Assembly: GCA_041737125.1 (NCBI GenBank)
Contig: JBGSSJ010000014.1
Span: 1,533 to 65,532 of the forward strand
From: Minisyncoccia bacterium
GTDB taxonomy: Bacteria; Patescibacteriota; Minisyncoccia; Phycocordibacterales; UBA9973
DNA length: 64,000 nucleotides
Direction: 5' to 3'
In this document: piece after piece, positions 29,122 through 39,512 of the stretch
Layout: every line of letters begins with the position of its first letter
Numbering within the stretch: the stretch's first letter is position 1
Program-made: the position numbers and the translations under genes
Notes under the pieces: generated by a model
What the model saw: only the letters and a program-made list of their open reading frames with translations
Told to the model about the DNA's origin: nothing
The model's database searches: none

Positions 29122-30528
29122 ATGGAAAATCAAAACTTAAAGCAAGAAAGCCTGTCGCCTTTTGATGTTGAAAAAATAGAGGAGATTAAACATACGAATG
29201 TCGAAATTAAAGATGATCAACTTTTGATAGATGGGGTTATACAGGGAAAATACTCTAACGTCGACGATAAGCGATTGCAGAAAAATAATTCAAACTTAGT
29301 TTATTTTAATGCCTCTATGAATGGAGCAGAAGAGGGAAGTTGGGCAGGACGTGTTATTGATGTAAATAATCCAGAAAAAGAACTTTTAGAAGTAAAGACA
29401 GATAAAAAAGATGATACTATTTTAGTAAATGGTAGTAAATGGGATTCTTTGAGAGGTAAAGATGTTTATTTTGGTGGTTATCACGTAGAAATTGATCCCC
29501 AGGGAGAGAAAATTGTTTTCACAGAACTTGGGAAAGATAAAAGTAGTATTATTGTAAATAATACTGAATGGCAAACAAAATTTAAAGGAGTTCAATTTGC
29601 TACAAGTTCATTCGGGGTTGTGTATGCTATTGTGGATAATGATTTTTACGAACACACAAGATTGCTTGTTGACGATAAGGAATGGGTGTACCCAAAATTT
29701 TCTGCTGAATTAAACCAACAAAAAGATCATGTAGTGAATGCGACCATTGGGAAGAATGATCTAGTTGTTGCTATTGTAGACTCTATCCGTACCAAAGATA
29801 GGCGTAGTCATGTTCTAACTGGTGATAAAATAGGAGCTAAAAATGAATGGAAAAATACGTTAAATCAAGTAAAGAAAATTATTACCGATAATGAGACAGG
29901 TAACGTAGCTGTTTTTGGTGAAACTGAATACAATTCTAAAGAAATGGCTTTCATTATAAATGATATGCCGTATCAAATAGAGGATATGGTAGGAGACCCT
30001 GAAGTCTTTAAATTTGAAGGAGGCGCAGTTCTTATTCAGTATTTAAACGCACTTGGTGAGAAAATCAGTAAAAAAATTACACTTCGTGAAAATGCAAAAG
30101 AAGTTCAAAAAATGAAAGAGAAAAAATTAGCGGAAGAAAAAGCATTTGAGAATTTGCGTCACATGTTGACTAATGAAAATATTACAGCAAGCGAGATTGT
30201 AGCTCGTCTTAACCAAGTCGGTGATCTTGAAAAGAAGATTGAGGAAGTTAAAAATCTTCATCAAACAGTTGATAAATTAACAGAAGAAAAAATTGGATTA
30301 AAATTAAAAATTGAAAAAGATAATACGGCTCATGAAAAGGAAAAAGAAGCTTTAGAGCTAAAAATTACAGAAACACAAAAAGTTGTAGGAGAACTCAAAG
30401 ATACTTTGACAAGAGCGGAAAAAACTACTTTTGGTTCCAATTTCAAAATTTCTAATGACTCAATGAAACTCGCATTAAAATCTCTAATAGATTTAGAAGA
30501 AAAGTACGGGCAAACTAAAAATAGTTAA
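29122..30528 (+). CDS. Hypothetical protein with a repeat-like N-terminus and a coiled-coil C-terminus
   Basis: 468 aa; repeated (I/L)VN/D..(E/K)W strands; E/K-rich heptad tail. Confidence 0.75.
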   Translation: MENQNLKQESLSPFDVEKIEEIKHTNVEIKDDQLLIDGVIQGKYSNVDDKRLQKNNSNLVYFNASMNGAEEGSWAGRVIDVNNPEKELLEVKTDKKDDTILVNGSKWDSLRGKDVYFGGYHVEIDPQGEKIVFTELGKDKSSIIVNNTEWQTKFKGVQFATSSFGVVYAIVDNDFYEHTRLLVDDKEWVYPKFSAELNQQKDHVVNATIGKNDLVVAIVDSIRTKDRRSHVLTGDKIGAKNEWKNTLNQVKKIITDNETGNVAVFGETEYNSKEMAFIINDMPYQIEDMVGDPEVFKFEGGAVLIQYLNALGEKISKKITLRENAKEVQKMKEKKLAEEKAFENLRHMLTNENITASEIVARLNQVGDLEKKIEEVKNLHQTVDKLTEEKIGLKLKIEKDNTAHEKEKEALELKITETQKVVGELKDTLTRAEKTTFGSNFKISNDSMKLALKSLIDLEEKYGQTKNS

Positions 30529-30669
30529 TTGTCCTTAGAATAAATTTTTTATAACCCATTAGAATTTTTACTGAAAACTATAAAATCTTAAACACAAAAT
30601 GCAAAGATAATTCTGTGTAGTATTTGCTGTTATTTTGTACAGGGTAGTCATGTATCTATATTATTCTAC

Positions 30670-30698
30670 TTGCAAAAAAGTTGCATCTAGTTTATACT
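30670..30698 (+). promoter_or_regulatory. Promoter overlapped by palindrome TGCAA-N5-TTGCA (candidate Fur/Zur operator)
   Basis: TTGCAA (30670-75), N17, TATACT (30693-98); palindrome at 30671-30685. Confidence 0.55.
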
Positions 30699-30708
30699 CA
30701 GAAAACTT

Positions 30709-31461
30709 ATGAATATTTTATTATTACAATTAATTTTAGCTGGTGTTGTGCCTGTACTCTTAGTGTTCTTCTTACCGAAGAACCCATCTTTTTTCCAGAA
30801 AGATTGGGTGAAAGGTTTCGCGCTCGGTGTATACCTTACACTTATAATTTTACTGCTTCGAGAATCAATATCCGATAGTGGGGTGGGGGATACAACTCTT
30901 TGGTTCTTGGTAGGAGTAGTCGCTAGTGTTGTCATTGGTTACTTTGTAAAAGAGTTCCACCACCACCACAATGTTCTAGGGGTTCACCATTCGCATACGA
31001 AAGCTAGTACCATTCGTCTATTTATTTCTGATTTATTTCATAATGCTGTAGATGGTATCGCTGTTTCGGCTGGAGGGTTTGTCGCTATGTTTGGAATACT
31101 TGGTCATCAGACTATTCAGCAATTTGGCCAGCAGATACTGCTTGTCGAGAGTGGGGTAAAGCCATACAAAGCCCTCTTCATTTCTTTCCTTATATCGCTT
31201 TCAATATTTACTACACTATTTATCAGTGGGGAAGCAGGTGAAGTAATAGAGCCTATTTTTATAGCATTATCTGCTGGTATTATTTCATGGAAGGTTTATC
31301 AAGATTTGTCGCACTCTATATATACTAGAAAGTATATTCTCGGATTCCTGGTCGGAGTCATACTTCTATCTGCTTCACTATTACTTATTCCACATGCTCA
31401 CGGAGAACACGAGGATGAAGATAATCATGACGAAAGTATAGAATTAATTTATGCTGAATAA
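30709..31461 (+). CDS. ZIP-family metal (Zn) transporter
   Basis: His-rich loop HHHHNVLGVHHSH, DLFHNAVDGIAV, multiple TM. Confidence 0.8.
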   Translation: MNILLLQLILAGVVPVLLVFFLPKNPSFFQKDWVKGFALGVYLTLIILLLRESISDSGVGDTTLWFLVGVVASVVIGYFVKEFHHHHNVLGVHHSHTKASTIRLFISDLFHNAVDGIAVSAGGFVAMFGILGHQTIQQFGQQILLVESGVKPYKALFISFLISLSIFTTLFISGEAGEVIEPIFIALSAGIISWKVYQDLSHSIYTRKYILGFLVGVILLSASLLLIPHAHGEHEDEDNHDESIELIYAE

Positions 31462-31888
31462 TACGATTAAATTAGAAACAATTAAAAATATCTTGAAAGA
31501 TAATAACCTCAAAGCAACTACACAGAGGGTGGAATTACTGTCTGTATTATCTGAGATCAAAAAACCGATCACACTCAAAGATTTAATGAATAAAATGAAA
31601 TCCAAAAGCGTGCATGAAGTCACGCTGTATAGGTTGCTCGCATCTTTTAAAAGTTTAGGTATCGTGAGACAAATTGATTTTCAGGATGGCACACCACTTT
31701 TTGAATTAATGGACAAAGAAAACGATCACCATCATATAGTATGCACTAATTGCAAAAAGGTAAGCGATTTTGTGGGCTGTCAGATAGACGGTATAATAAG
31801 TAAAGCACTCAAGCAAACAAAAGATTTCTCATCTATCAATAGTCATTCTTTTGAATTATTTGGTGTATGTAATACTTGCTCCAAATGA
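31451..31888 (+). CDS. Fur-family regulator (Zur-like)
   Basis: T.QRVELL, VTLYRLL, HHHIVCTNC, GVCNTC. Confidence 0.92.
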   Translation: MLNNTIKLETIKNILKDNNLKATTQRVELLSVLSEIKKPITLKDLMNKMKSKSVHEVTLYRLLASFKSLGIVRQIDFQDGTPLFELMDKENDHHHIVCTNCKKVSDFVGCQIDGIISKALKQTKDFSSINSHSFELFGVCNTCSK

Positions 31889-33027
31889 TTAATCTTATAA
31901 AAAAAATTATTCCAATTGTTTTTATATTTTCTATGTTTATACCGACTATTTTTGTAGGCGCGGTTGAAATCATGGAAGATAAGCAGGAAATACTAAAAGC
32001 AAAAGTAGTTGAAATATCGGATGAGGGATTGAAAGATGATACAGCTATAGATAAAGATATTTTTTACCAGAATATAAAAGTTGAAGTTCTTAAAGGCGAA
32101 CAAAAAGGAGAGATTATATCGGTTGAGAATGACTATATTAAATTAAAAGAAAATCAAAAATTTTATTTACTAAAATATACCAGTGCAGAGAGTGGTAGTG
32201 TGGTATATAGCGTGCAAGATGTGAATCGCATTCCGTGGCTTATATTCTTTTTCCTATTGTTTATATTTGTTACTTTATTTTTTGGTGGAATGCAGGGCTT
32301 TCGTGGATTACTATCTTTATTTGGTGGATTATTACTAATATTCTATATCTTATTACCAGAGATTGTCGCAGGAACATCTCCTCTCTTAATTAGTATAATA
32401 GTCGCTTCACTCGTAACAGTTGTAGGTTCTTATGTTACACACGGATTAAATCGTACGACCACTAGTGCTGTCTTGGGTATGATTGTAACAGTCGTTATTT
32501 CTGGTTTACTCGCATACTTTGCAGTGAACGTTACTTCACTTTCTGGTTTCGACACAGAGGAAGCTACATATTTATCCCTCAATAGTTATGGAGCTATTGA
32601 CCTGAAAGGCTTACTCATGGGAGGGATTCTTATCGGTTTGCTTGGAGTTCTGTATGATGGTGCTATAGGGCAAGCAATAGCAGTCGAAGAGCTATGGAGG
32701 GCAAATAAAGATTTATCACGTAAATATGTTTTTTCTAGAGTTTTAAGAATCGGACGTGAGCACATAGGTGCACTGGTGAACAATCTTGCCATTGCATACG
32801 TTGGAGCAGCTCTCCCTCTCTTAGTATTCTTCTCGTTCCCGACTTCAGTGTCTACTATGTTTATTGTGAATAGAGAAATATTTGCCACAGAGATAATCCG
32901 TACTCTTATAGGGTCCATTGGTCTAGTCCTTGCTGTGCCCATTACCACAGCTATCTCTATATATATGCTACATGGTAGGGAATTCAAGAATAATAAGGGT
33001 GAGACACATCATCACCATCATCACTAA
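31885..33027 (+). CDS. YibE/F family membrane protein with a poly-His tail
   Basis: GILIGLLGVLYD...Q, IGREHIGALVNNL..AYVGAALPLL, GSIGLVLAVPITT; ends THHHHHH. Confidence 0.85.
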   Translation: MINLIKKIIPIVFIFSMFIPTIFVGAVEIMEDKQEILKAKVVEISDEGLKDDTAIDKDIFYQNIKVEVLKGEQKGEIISVENDYIKLKENQKFYLLKYTSAESGSVVYSVQDVNRIPWLIFFFLLFIFVTLFFGGMQGFRGLLSLFGGLLLIFYILLPEIVAGTSPLLISIIVASLVTVVGSYVTHGLNRTTTSAVLGMIVTVVISGLLAYFAVNVTSLSGFDTEEATYLSLNSYGAIDLKGLLMGGILIGLLGVLYDGAIGQAIAVEELWRANKDLSRKYVFSRVLRIGREHIGALVNNLAIAYVGAALPLLVFFSFPTSVSTMFIVNREIFATEIIRTLIGSIGLVLAVPITTAISIYMLHGREFKNNKGETHHHHHH

Positions 33028-33028
33028 G

Positions 33029-33057
33029 TGTAATAAAACATCTATCCAAATGTAGTA
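33029..33057 (+). promoter_or_regulatory. Candidate ECF promoter, copy 1
   Basis: TGTAATAAAA-N12-TGTAGTA; same motif and spacing at 34217-34245. Confidence 0.6.
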
Positions 33058-33068
33058 TATTATATAGG

Positions 33069-33659
33069 ATGGAACAATCTAAAAAAATAGAGACAAAAAC
33101 AGACAAGGAGATAGTCCTTCAGATTAAAAAAGGAGATCATGATCTTTTCAGTGAAATAGTATCTCGGTATGAGCCGAAGCTCAGGCGTTATGCTCGTAAG
33201 TTCCTATTTAAATATAATGACGTCGACGATCTTGTGCAAGATGTTTTCATAAAAGTTTATATAAATCTCCAGAGTTTCGATGATGATAGGGAATTCTCGC
33301 CTTGGATATATAGAATAGCTCACAATACATATGTGAATGCTCTAAAGAAGAAATTAACTGACCGTATATTCTCGACTGACTTTTTTGATTTTGATACTTT
33401 CTTACCTCATACAGGTGAAGCTGAGAGGGCAGACAAAGAGAGTGATAGGGAATTAATAAAGAAAGAGCTTGATCACCACTTAGACTCTATCGATGCGAAG
33501 TACCGCGAAATATTAATTCTTTATTTCTATGAAGATATGGATTACAAAGAGATTGCCCAAGTTCTAGGCATCCCCATATCGACCGTGGGTGTACGTATTA
33601 AAAGAGGTAAAGATAAGCTAAAGGAGCTATTATCAAATAATAATTTTATTTATGAGTAA
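33069..33659 (+). CDS. ECF RNA polymerase sigma factor
   Basis: DDLVQDVFIK, F.PWIYRIAHN, YKEIAQVLGIPISTVGVRIKRGK. Confidence 0.95.
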   Translation: MEQSKKIETKTDKEIVLQIKKGDHDLFSEIVSRYEPKLRRYARKFLFKYNDVDDLVQDVFIKVYINLQSFDDDREFSPWIYRIAHNTYVNALKKKLTDRIFSTDFFDFDTFLPHTGEAERADKESDRELIKKELDHHLDSIDAKYREILILYFYEDMDYKEIAQVLGIPISTVGVRIKRGKDKLKELLSNNNFIYE

Positions 33660-34224
33660 TCTAAATGAAGAAAATTCAATACAAGGGAAAGTGTTAACTG
33701 CTATAAAGGAAGGCAAGCTTGTTATGAAGCCGAAGTGGCATTTCGTACTCAAAACAGTCATGCATATACTAGTGGCTGTTATATTATTCTTCGCACTTAT
33801 CTATCTTATTAGTTTTATTGGCCTTGTCGCTCGAGAGAAAGAATTATTTAAACTATTAAACCTAAACCCTCGGGAGCTTTACTTACTGATGACATCAATC
33901 CCTTGGATTATAGTTATTTTATCTATATTTCTATTATTTACTTTCTATAAATTAGTAAAAGAATATGCATTTATCTATAAGAAGCCACTTGTTTATAGCC
34001 TCTCGGGGATTATATTCCTTGTAGTATTAATAGGTGCCATTATCCAGATACTTGATGTGAACTTCAGATTTGCGCGTTTCGGTGAAGGTCCGCGTGTGCC
34101 AGTACTTGGACCTATGCATAAGTACTATAGGGGAGATATGGACAAGAGGCCAATGATGAAGTTCCGTGATGACAGAAGGGGTATGATGCCACCTCGCGAA
34201 TTAGAGTCTCCATTTTTGAAATAA
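33652..34224 (+). CDS. Membrane protein, probable anti-sigma factor
   Basis: 3 TM; overlaps the sigma stop codon. Confidence 0.6.
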   Translation: MSNLNEENSIQGKVLTAIKEGKLVMKPKWHFVLKTVMHILVAVILFFALIYLISFIGLVAREKELFKLLNLNPRELYLLMTSIPWIIVILSIFLLFTFYKLVKEYAFIYKKPLVYSLSGIIFLVVLIGAIIQILDVNFRFARFGEGPRVPVLGPMHKYYRGDMDKRPMMKFRDDRRGMMPPRELESPFLK

Positions 34225-34245
34225 AATACATTTCTGGGTGTAGTA
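34217..34245 (+). promoter_or_regulatory. Candidate ECF promoter, copy 2
   Basis: TGAAATAAAA-N12-TGTAGTA. Confidence 0.6.
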
Positions 34246-34297
34246 GTATATGCAAGAGATATCCTTGCATATTATTAAATAATAAAAATAATTAAAT

Positions 34298-34747
34298 ATG
34301 AATAAAACTAAATTACTCAAATATAGCGTCCCAGCACTTGCGCTCGCATTATTACTAAGCGCAGGCTCTATGGAAGCCTTTGGTGGGATGAATAAAAATA
34401 TGACTGCTGACGAAATTGCGACAGTTCATACACAGATGTTCGCACAGCAAGCAACTCTTATAGGCGTATCTGTTGATGAAGTGAAGACTGCATGGGCAAA
34501 TGGTACAAGCTTCAAAGAGCTTGCTAAACAGAAGGGAATTACCGAAGAAGTACTAAGAACAAAAATGCAAGAAGCTCACAAAGCCCAAATGAAAGCTCAC
34601 TTACAAACTCTAGTAGATAAAGGAGTGATCACACAAGCTCAAGCTGATGCTCGTATTACTACAATGGAAAAGATGAAGAATAATGTGAAAGGCAAAAAGG
34701 CCAAAGGACACGGTATGGGAATGGGTATGGGTATGTACGGATTTTAG
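34298..34747 (+). CDS. Secreted helical Met/Gly-rich protein
   Basis: Signal peptide; LVDKGVITQAQAD; GMGMGMGM tail. Confidence 0.75.
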   Translation: MNKTKLLKYSVPALALALLLSAGSMEAFGGMNKNMTADEIATVHTQMFAQQATLIGVSVDEVKTAWANGTSFKELAKQKGITEEVLRTKMQEAHKAQMKAHLQTLVDKGVITQAQADARITTMEKMKNNVKGKKAKGHGMGMGMGMYGF

Positions 34748-34750
34748 CAT

Positions 34751-36934
34751 TTATTCAAAATGAAGATCTAAATCTCTATCAAGTAAAGTTTGTGAAAGGA
34801 GAGGGAAAGACGCCAAAGTGGCGTCTTTTTCGATAAGATTTATAGCTTCACTACGTGCAGCTTCAACCATCTTGATGTTCTTGATAGCTTCCATGCCGAG
34901 GTCTGTGATGCCCCACTGTTTGTCACCACCGAGGAGCCCTGCACCACGCAAAGATAGGTCTAGCTCTGCAAGTTCGAAACCACTTGATGCTTTCGTCAGA
35001 GCTTTGAGGCGGTCTATAGTTTTGTCAGTTTTCGCATTAGCAAAAAGATAGCAATATGATTGGTGATTACTACGTATGACGCGTCCACGGAGCTGGTGAA
35101 GCTGAGCTAGTCCGAAGCGCTCGGCCCCTTCTATAACGATAACTGTAGCATTGGGTACATTTACACCGACTTCTATCACAGAAGTAGAGACTAGTATATC
35201 TATCTCGTGATCTTTGAATTCTTGCATAATTTCCTCTTTCTTCTGCTTGGTCATTTTGCTATGCATTATCTCTATTCTGTATTCCGGGAAAATATCTTTC
35301 TTTAACCTTTTTGCTTCTACGGTTACAGATTTCACATCAAGCTTTATTTTCTCTCCTTCATCCTCGCTATCTATTTTCGGACAGATAACATAAAGTTGCC
35401 TGCCATTCACTAATTCTTTTTTTATTTCTTCGTAAGCTTTCTCTCTTTTATTCTCTCCAATTATTTCTGTTATAACTTTCTTCCTACCGGCTGGCATCTC
35501 GTCTATGATAGAAAGATCCAAGTCTCCGTATATTGTGAGGGCAAGTGTACGAGGGATAGGAGTGGCAGTCATCGATAAGTAATGTGGCGCATGACCTTCC
35601 TTCTTCGCTAGTTTCATACGTTGGTTGGTACCGAAGCGATGTTGCTCGTCTATGACAACGAGCCCTAGGTCTTCGAATTCTACTGATTTCGATATAAGTG
35701 CATGAGTACCTATTACTATCGGTATCTCGCCATTTTTAACCCACTTGAGTAATTGGTTGCGGGCAATCGGTGTCCAAGTTTTAACCTGCTGTCCGTTCTC
35801 CCAATGGGCGCTTTTACTCGGGTATTTCCTGCAACCAGAGCCTGTAATAAGCGCTATAGATATGCCTGTATGCTCAAAGTATGAAATAAAGTTCTCGTAT
35901 AGCTGAGTAGCGAGCACCTCTGTTGGCGCCATGTAGGCCACTTGTAAGTTACCAAAGTTCTGCCCAACTGGTCTATTTTTAATAACTGCATATGCAATAG
36001 TAGCTGCAATGAAAGTTTTTCCACTACCTACATCACCTTCAACAAGTCGTGACATCGGCTTATCCTTTTTTAAATCATCGAGAATTGTATCGATGGCACT
36101 CTGTTGTGCATGTGTCGGAGTAAAAGGGAATCGTGATATGAAGTCCTCGATATCACTTTCGGGAATTTTGAGTTTGTATGAGAATAATTCTTCGTAAGCT
36201 TTGCGTTCCTGCTGGCGTGCAAGCTGTATGAAGAATACTTCTTCGAAAGCAAAACGCTTGCGAGCTATATCTGCATGATTCTTCCTCTGTGGCATGTGTA
36301 TCCATATAAGAGCTGTATGTAATGCCGGCAAGCTATACTTCTCTAGAATATATTCTGGCAAATAATCTTTGATATTTTTTATAATATCTGATTTCAGTAT
36401 CTTTTGTATTGCATGGTATATCCACAGTGATGTTATGCCTTTCGACTCGCCATATACAGGGTAGCCGAATTGTTGGACGACATTCTCTCTATTAAAAAGT
36501 GAGTCATGAAGATCTATCGGCAACACGTCGCTCGGACTTATCTCAGGATTTGTAAGTGTTAGTCCGTAAGTTGTACTCTCAGATATCTTACCAGTGACGC
36601 GCACAATAGAACCCTCCTTTAACATCTTGGCCAAGTAGGGTTGGTGGAACCAGACTATTTTTATCGAGCCAGTGATATCTGAAAGTGTGGCTTCACTCAT
36701 CGGGATTTTACTCTTGAAACTTTTCTTAGTCGCGAGTTTTGATATGGTGCCGAGTATTGTCACATTCTCACCTTTCTCTAGTGTGTTTATGTGTCGCACT
36801 TCAGATATATCTGTATATCTAGAAGGGAAGTAGAAAAGTAGGTCTTTTATCTTGCTTAGACCCATTCGTTCTAAGGCTAATTTTTGTTTATCATCTAAAC
36901 GGAAATGCTTCTCAATTTTATCTTCCAATTGCAT
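34751..36934 (-). CDS. recG: ATP-dependent DNA helicase RecG
   Basis: GDVGSGKT, MAPTEVLA.Q, IDEQHRFG, MTATPIPRTL, GLAQLHQLRGRV. Confidence 0.97.
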   Translation of the reverse strand: MQLEDKIEKHFRLDDKQKLALERMGLSKIKDLLFYFPSRYTDISEVRHINTLEKGENVTILGTISKLATKKSFKSKIPMSEATLSDITGSIKIVWFHQPYLAKMLKEGSIVRVTGKISESTTYGLTLTNPEISPSDVLPIDLHDSLFNRENVVQQFGYPVYGESKGITSLWIYHAIQKILKSDIIKNIKDYLPEYILEKYSLPALHTALIWIHMPQRKNHADIARKRFAFEEVFFIQLARQQERKAYEELFSYKLKIPESDIEDFISRFPFTPTHAQQSAIDTILDDLKKDKPMSRLVEGDVGSGKTFIAATIAYAVIKNRPVGQNFGNLQVAYMAPTEVLATQLYENFISYFEHTGISIALITGSGCRKYPSKSAHWENGQQVKTWTPIARNQLLKWVKNGEIPIVIGTHALISKSVEFEDLGLVVIDEQHRFGTNQRMKLAKKEGHAPHYLSMTATPIPRTLALTIYGDLDLSIIDEMPAGRKKVITEIIGENKREKAYEEIKKELVNGRQLYVICPKIDSEDEGEKIKLDVKSVTVEAKRLKKDIFPEYRIEIMHSKMTKQKKEEIMQEFKDHEIDILVSTSVIEVGVNVPNATVIVIEGAERFGLAQLHQLRGRVIRSNHQSYCYLFANAKTDKTIDRLKALTKASSGFELAELDLSLRGAGLLGGDKQWGITDLGMEAIKNIKMVEAARSEAINLIEKDATLASFPLLSQTLLDRDLDLHFE

Positions 36935-37037
36935 TTGTGTTTAAGTTAGGTTTATCTTCTCCATATAACACAATACCACCTATTGCTATAAATATCATCA
37001 ATAGTATTATATAAAAAGTTTTCTCTTTTTGACTCAT
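36918..37037 (-). CDS. Small single-TM hypothetical protein (39 aa)
   Basis: MSQKEKTFYIILLMIFIAIGGIVLYGEDKPNLNTNAIGR*; below the ORF-track cut-off; overlaps the recG start. Confidence 0.4.
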   Translation of the reverse strand: MSQKEKTFYIILLMIFIAIGGIVLYGEDKPNLNTNAIGR

Positions 37038-37097
37038 AGAGAGGTGTATAAAATGAAGAAATATCCTCAATTAAATAGTAAAAAACCTAGATAGCTT

Positions 37098-37463
37098 CTA
37101 TTTCAATAGGGAACTTATTTTCTCTAGCAATTCCTCTAGGGTGAAGTTAGATTTAACCATAAATTCGTCAGCCCCTAGGTCCTTTGCTTTTTTAACTTCT
37201 TTATCATCCGATAGGTTGGAGAACATGATAACAGGTATTTTCTTAGTGCTTTCTGTTTCTCGTATTTTCTTAATTATTTCAAATCCATCAACTACTGGAA
37301 GCATAATATCGAGTAATATTAAGTCTATGCCCGGAGTCATAATCTGTTTCATGCCTTCTTCTCCTGTTGAGGCTGTTATTACATCATAATTCGCCTTTTT
37401 AAGCTTAGCAACTTCTAATCCCTGTAAGAATGAATCATCCTCTATAATTAATATCTTTTTCAT
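37098..37463 (-). CDS. Stand-alone response regulator receiver
   Basis: ILIIEDD, DLILLDIMLP..DG, PVIMFSN, GADEFMVK. Confidence 0.93.
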   Translation of the reverse strand: MKKILIIEDDSFLQGLEVAKLKKANYDVITASTGEEGMKQIMTPGIDLILLDIMLPVVDGFEIIKKIRETESTKKIPVIMFSNLSDDKEVKKAKDLGADEFMVKSNFTLEELLEKISSLLK

Positions 37464-37486
37464 ATTATATTATTGTAACACAATAT

Positions 37487-38233
37487 TTATATCGTAGGCA
37501 ATGATACAAAAAAGGTCGTACCATTATCCTGGTCGCTCACAAACCAAATCTTACCTTTATGGTTCTCTATGATATGTTTGGTAGTAAAAAGACCGAGTCC
37601 TGAGCCAATATAATCTTTTGTTTTAGCATTTTCGGCTCGGAAGAACTTTTCAAATATCTTACTCTTATCCTCTTCTTTGATACCTATGCCACTATCATGT
37701 ATAGATATCTCGATTTCTTTATTCACCTCACTATATTTTAGCGATATTACCACTTTGTCTTTAATGTTACTGTATTTAATAGCATTCTCTATAAGGTTTT
37801 GGAATACTACACGAATCATTTCTTCATCACACTTCACTTTGGGTAGGTCTTTGTAGTCTTTAAGGAATATTAACTCCACCTCTTTTTTATGTGATTCACC
37901 ATAAAATTCGAAAAGAGTCTGTTCTAACAATTCTAGTATATTTACTTCCTTAAAATTAAATTTTATTACTGTATTCTCTGCATGGTTGAGTGTGAGTAGA
38001 TCATTCACAAGGACAATCATACGCTCATTACTATCTAGAGCCTTTTGCATGAAGCCTTCTTGTTCGCTGGTTATCTTCCCCAAATCTTTATCGATGAACA
38101 TACGGAGTATCCACTTGAGTGCAGATAACGATGTACGTAGCTGGTGTGCTGATATAGAGATAAGATCAGACTTTACTGCATTCATTTTCTTTAGTTCTTC
38201 ATTTTCAATCTTTAGCTTTTCGATTTCATCCAT
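37487..38233 (-). CDS. Histidine kinase (HisKA + HATPase only)
   Basis: AHQLRTSL, NLIENAIKYS, DSGIGI, FEKFFR, GSGLGL. Confidence 0.93.
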   Translation of the reverse strand: MDEIEKLKIENEELKKMNAVKSDLISISAHQLRTSLSALKWILRMFIDKDLGKITSEQEGFMQKALDSNERMIVLVNDLLTLNHAENTVIKFNFKEVNILELLEQTLFEFYGESHKKEVELIFLKDYKDLPKVKCDEEMIRVVFQNLIENAIKYSNIKDKVVISLKYSEVNKEIEISIHDSGIGIKEEDKSKIFEKFFRAENAKTKDYIGSGLGLFTTKHIIENHKGKIWFVSDQDNGTTFFVSLPTI

Positions 38234-38329
38234 CTTTTAATTATAGCAGATAATTAATATTTTGTTTTTACAAAAAGTAATTAATAGTAACATATTGAAA
38301 AAAATAGATTTTATGTTATAATATTGAAT

Positions 38330-39466
38330 ATGAAAATAGCTACCAATCTTACGAGAGAATACCTAGGTGGAATCACTAGATCCAATGTAAACTTCATGGA
38401 TTCATTAGATTGTAAAGGAAAGGGAATAATCGGACTTGAACTAAATGGAAAGAGATATATGCAAGGACCCACAATATTTAGACACCTATCGCCTATCTGG
38501 TTCAAGCATCATATAATAAATATACATGATATTCCAATTAATAAAGCCATAAATTCATCAAGAAATTTGAAGGATTTAGAGAAAAAGTATAGACCCATTA
38601 TTAAAATTATTAAGGAGATTTTATCGAAAGACAAACCCGATGTAGTATTCCTGAATGGGACTTACTATGTTCCTTGGATTATATCTATCGCTGCTTTCGA
38701 ATTAAAAATACCTATCGTTTTACGATATGCGGGCGTTTATTCAAAAGAGACAGAAGGCGCCAAACCTAAAGCCCGCAAATTCTTCAATGAAATAGAGAAG
38801 TCTTTCCAGAAAAGGGTTAGTCATTTCATTTTCCCTTCTAGATTGTGCATGGATGTAGTAGAAAAAGAAATCACAAAAAAACCCATAAAGAATGCTTTTG
38901 TTGTACCGAACTCTTTTAAAGTGCCTGAGCATCAATCAATTTTTAATAGTGTAGACAGAAGGATAGCGGCTGTTGGTAGGTGGGATAAAATCAAAAACTT
39001 TAAAAAGTTTTTCGAGATTCATAATGTATTAAAAAGGGAAGGATGGCAACATGAAGCTTCGTTTGTTACGGGTGATTCTAAAATAAAAAAGATCCCGAAA
39101 ACAATTAATAGATTTACTCCTATGACTCATGATGAATTATTAAAATTTTATTCTTCCCAAGGGTTGATAATATGCCCGTCATTATTTGAAACATTCGGGA
39201 ATGTACCAATGGAAGCTGTCTGTATGGGGATACCTGTACTCGTGAGTAATAATATGGGATGCGCAGAAGTATTAGAGACTGCAGGACTTAGTAGCATGGT
39301 AATGTCTTTCGAAGATTCTAAAAAAGTAGCAGAAAGGGCAAGAGAACTTTGTGGTCAGCAAATACTTCCTCGACAGATAAATAATTTAAGGAAGATACTG
39401 GACCCGAAAGCAATCAATGCGAAAATAATGTCTATACTAAGAGATGCTATAAATAATCATAGTTAA
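38330..39466 (+). CDS. Glycosyltransferase family 4 (GT-B)
   Basis: AVGRWDKIKN, PSLFETFGNVPMEA..MGIPV. Confidence 0.88.
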   Translation: MKIATNLTREYLGGITRSNVNFMDSLDCKGKGIIGLELNGKRYMQGPTIFRHLSPIWFKHHIINIHDIPINKAINSSRNLKDLEKKYRPIIKIIKEILSKDKPDVVFLNGTYYVPWIISIAAFELKIPIVLRYAGVYSKETEGAKPKARKFFNEIEKSFQKRVSHFIFPSRLCMDVVEKEITKKPIKNAFVVPNSFKVPEHQSIFNSVDRRIAAVGRWDKIKNFKKFFEIHNVLKREGWQHEASFVTGDSKIKKIPKTINRFTPMTHDELLKFYSSQGLIICPSLFETFGNVPMEAVCMGIPVLVSNNMGCAEVLETAGLSSMVMSFEDSKKVAERARELCGQQILPRQINNLRKILDPKAINAKIMSILRDAINNHS

Positions 39467-39512
39467 ATTTATAATAGATTATATTATGGTGTGAAAATTT
39501 ATGTTATAAGGG

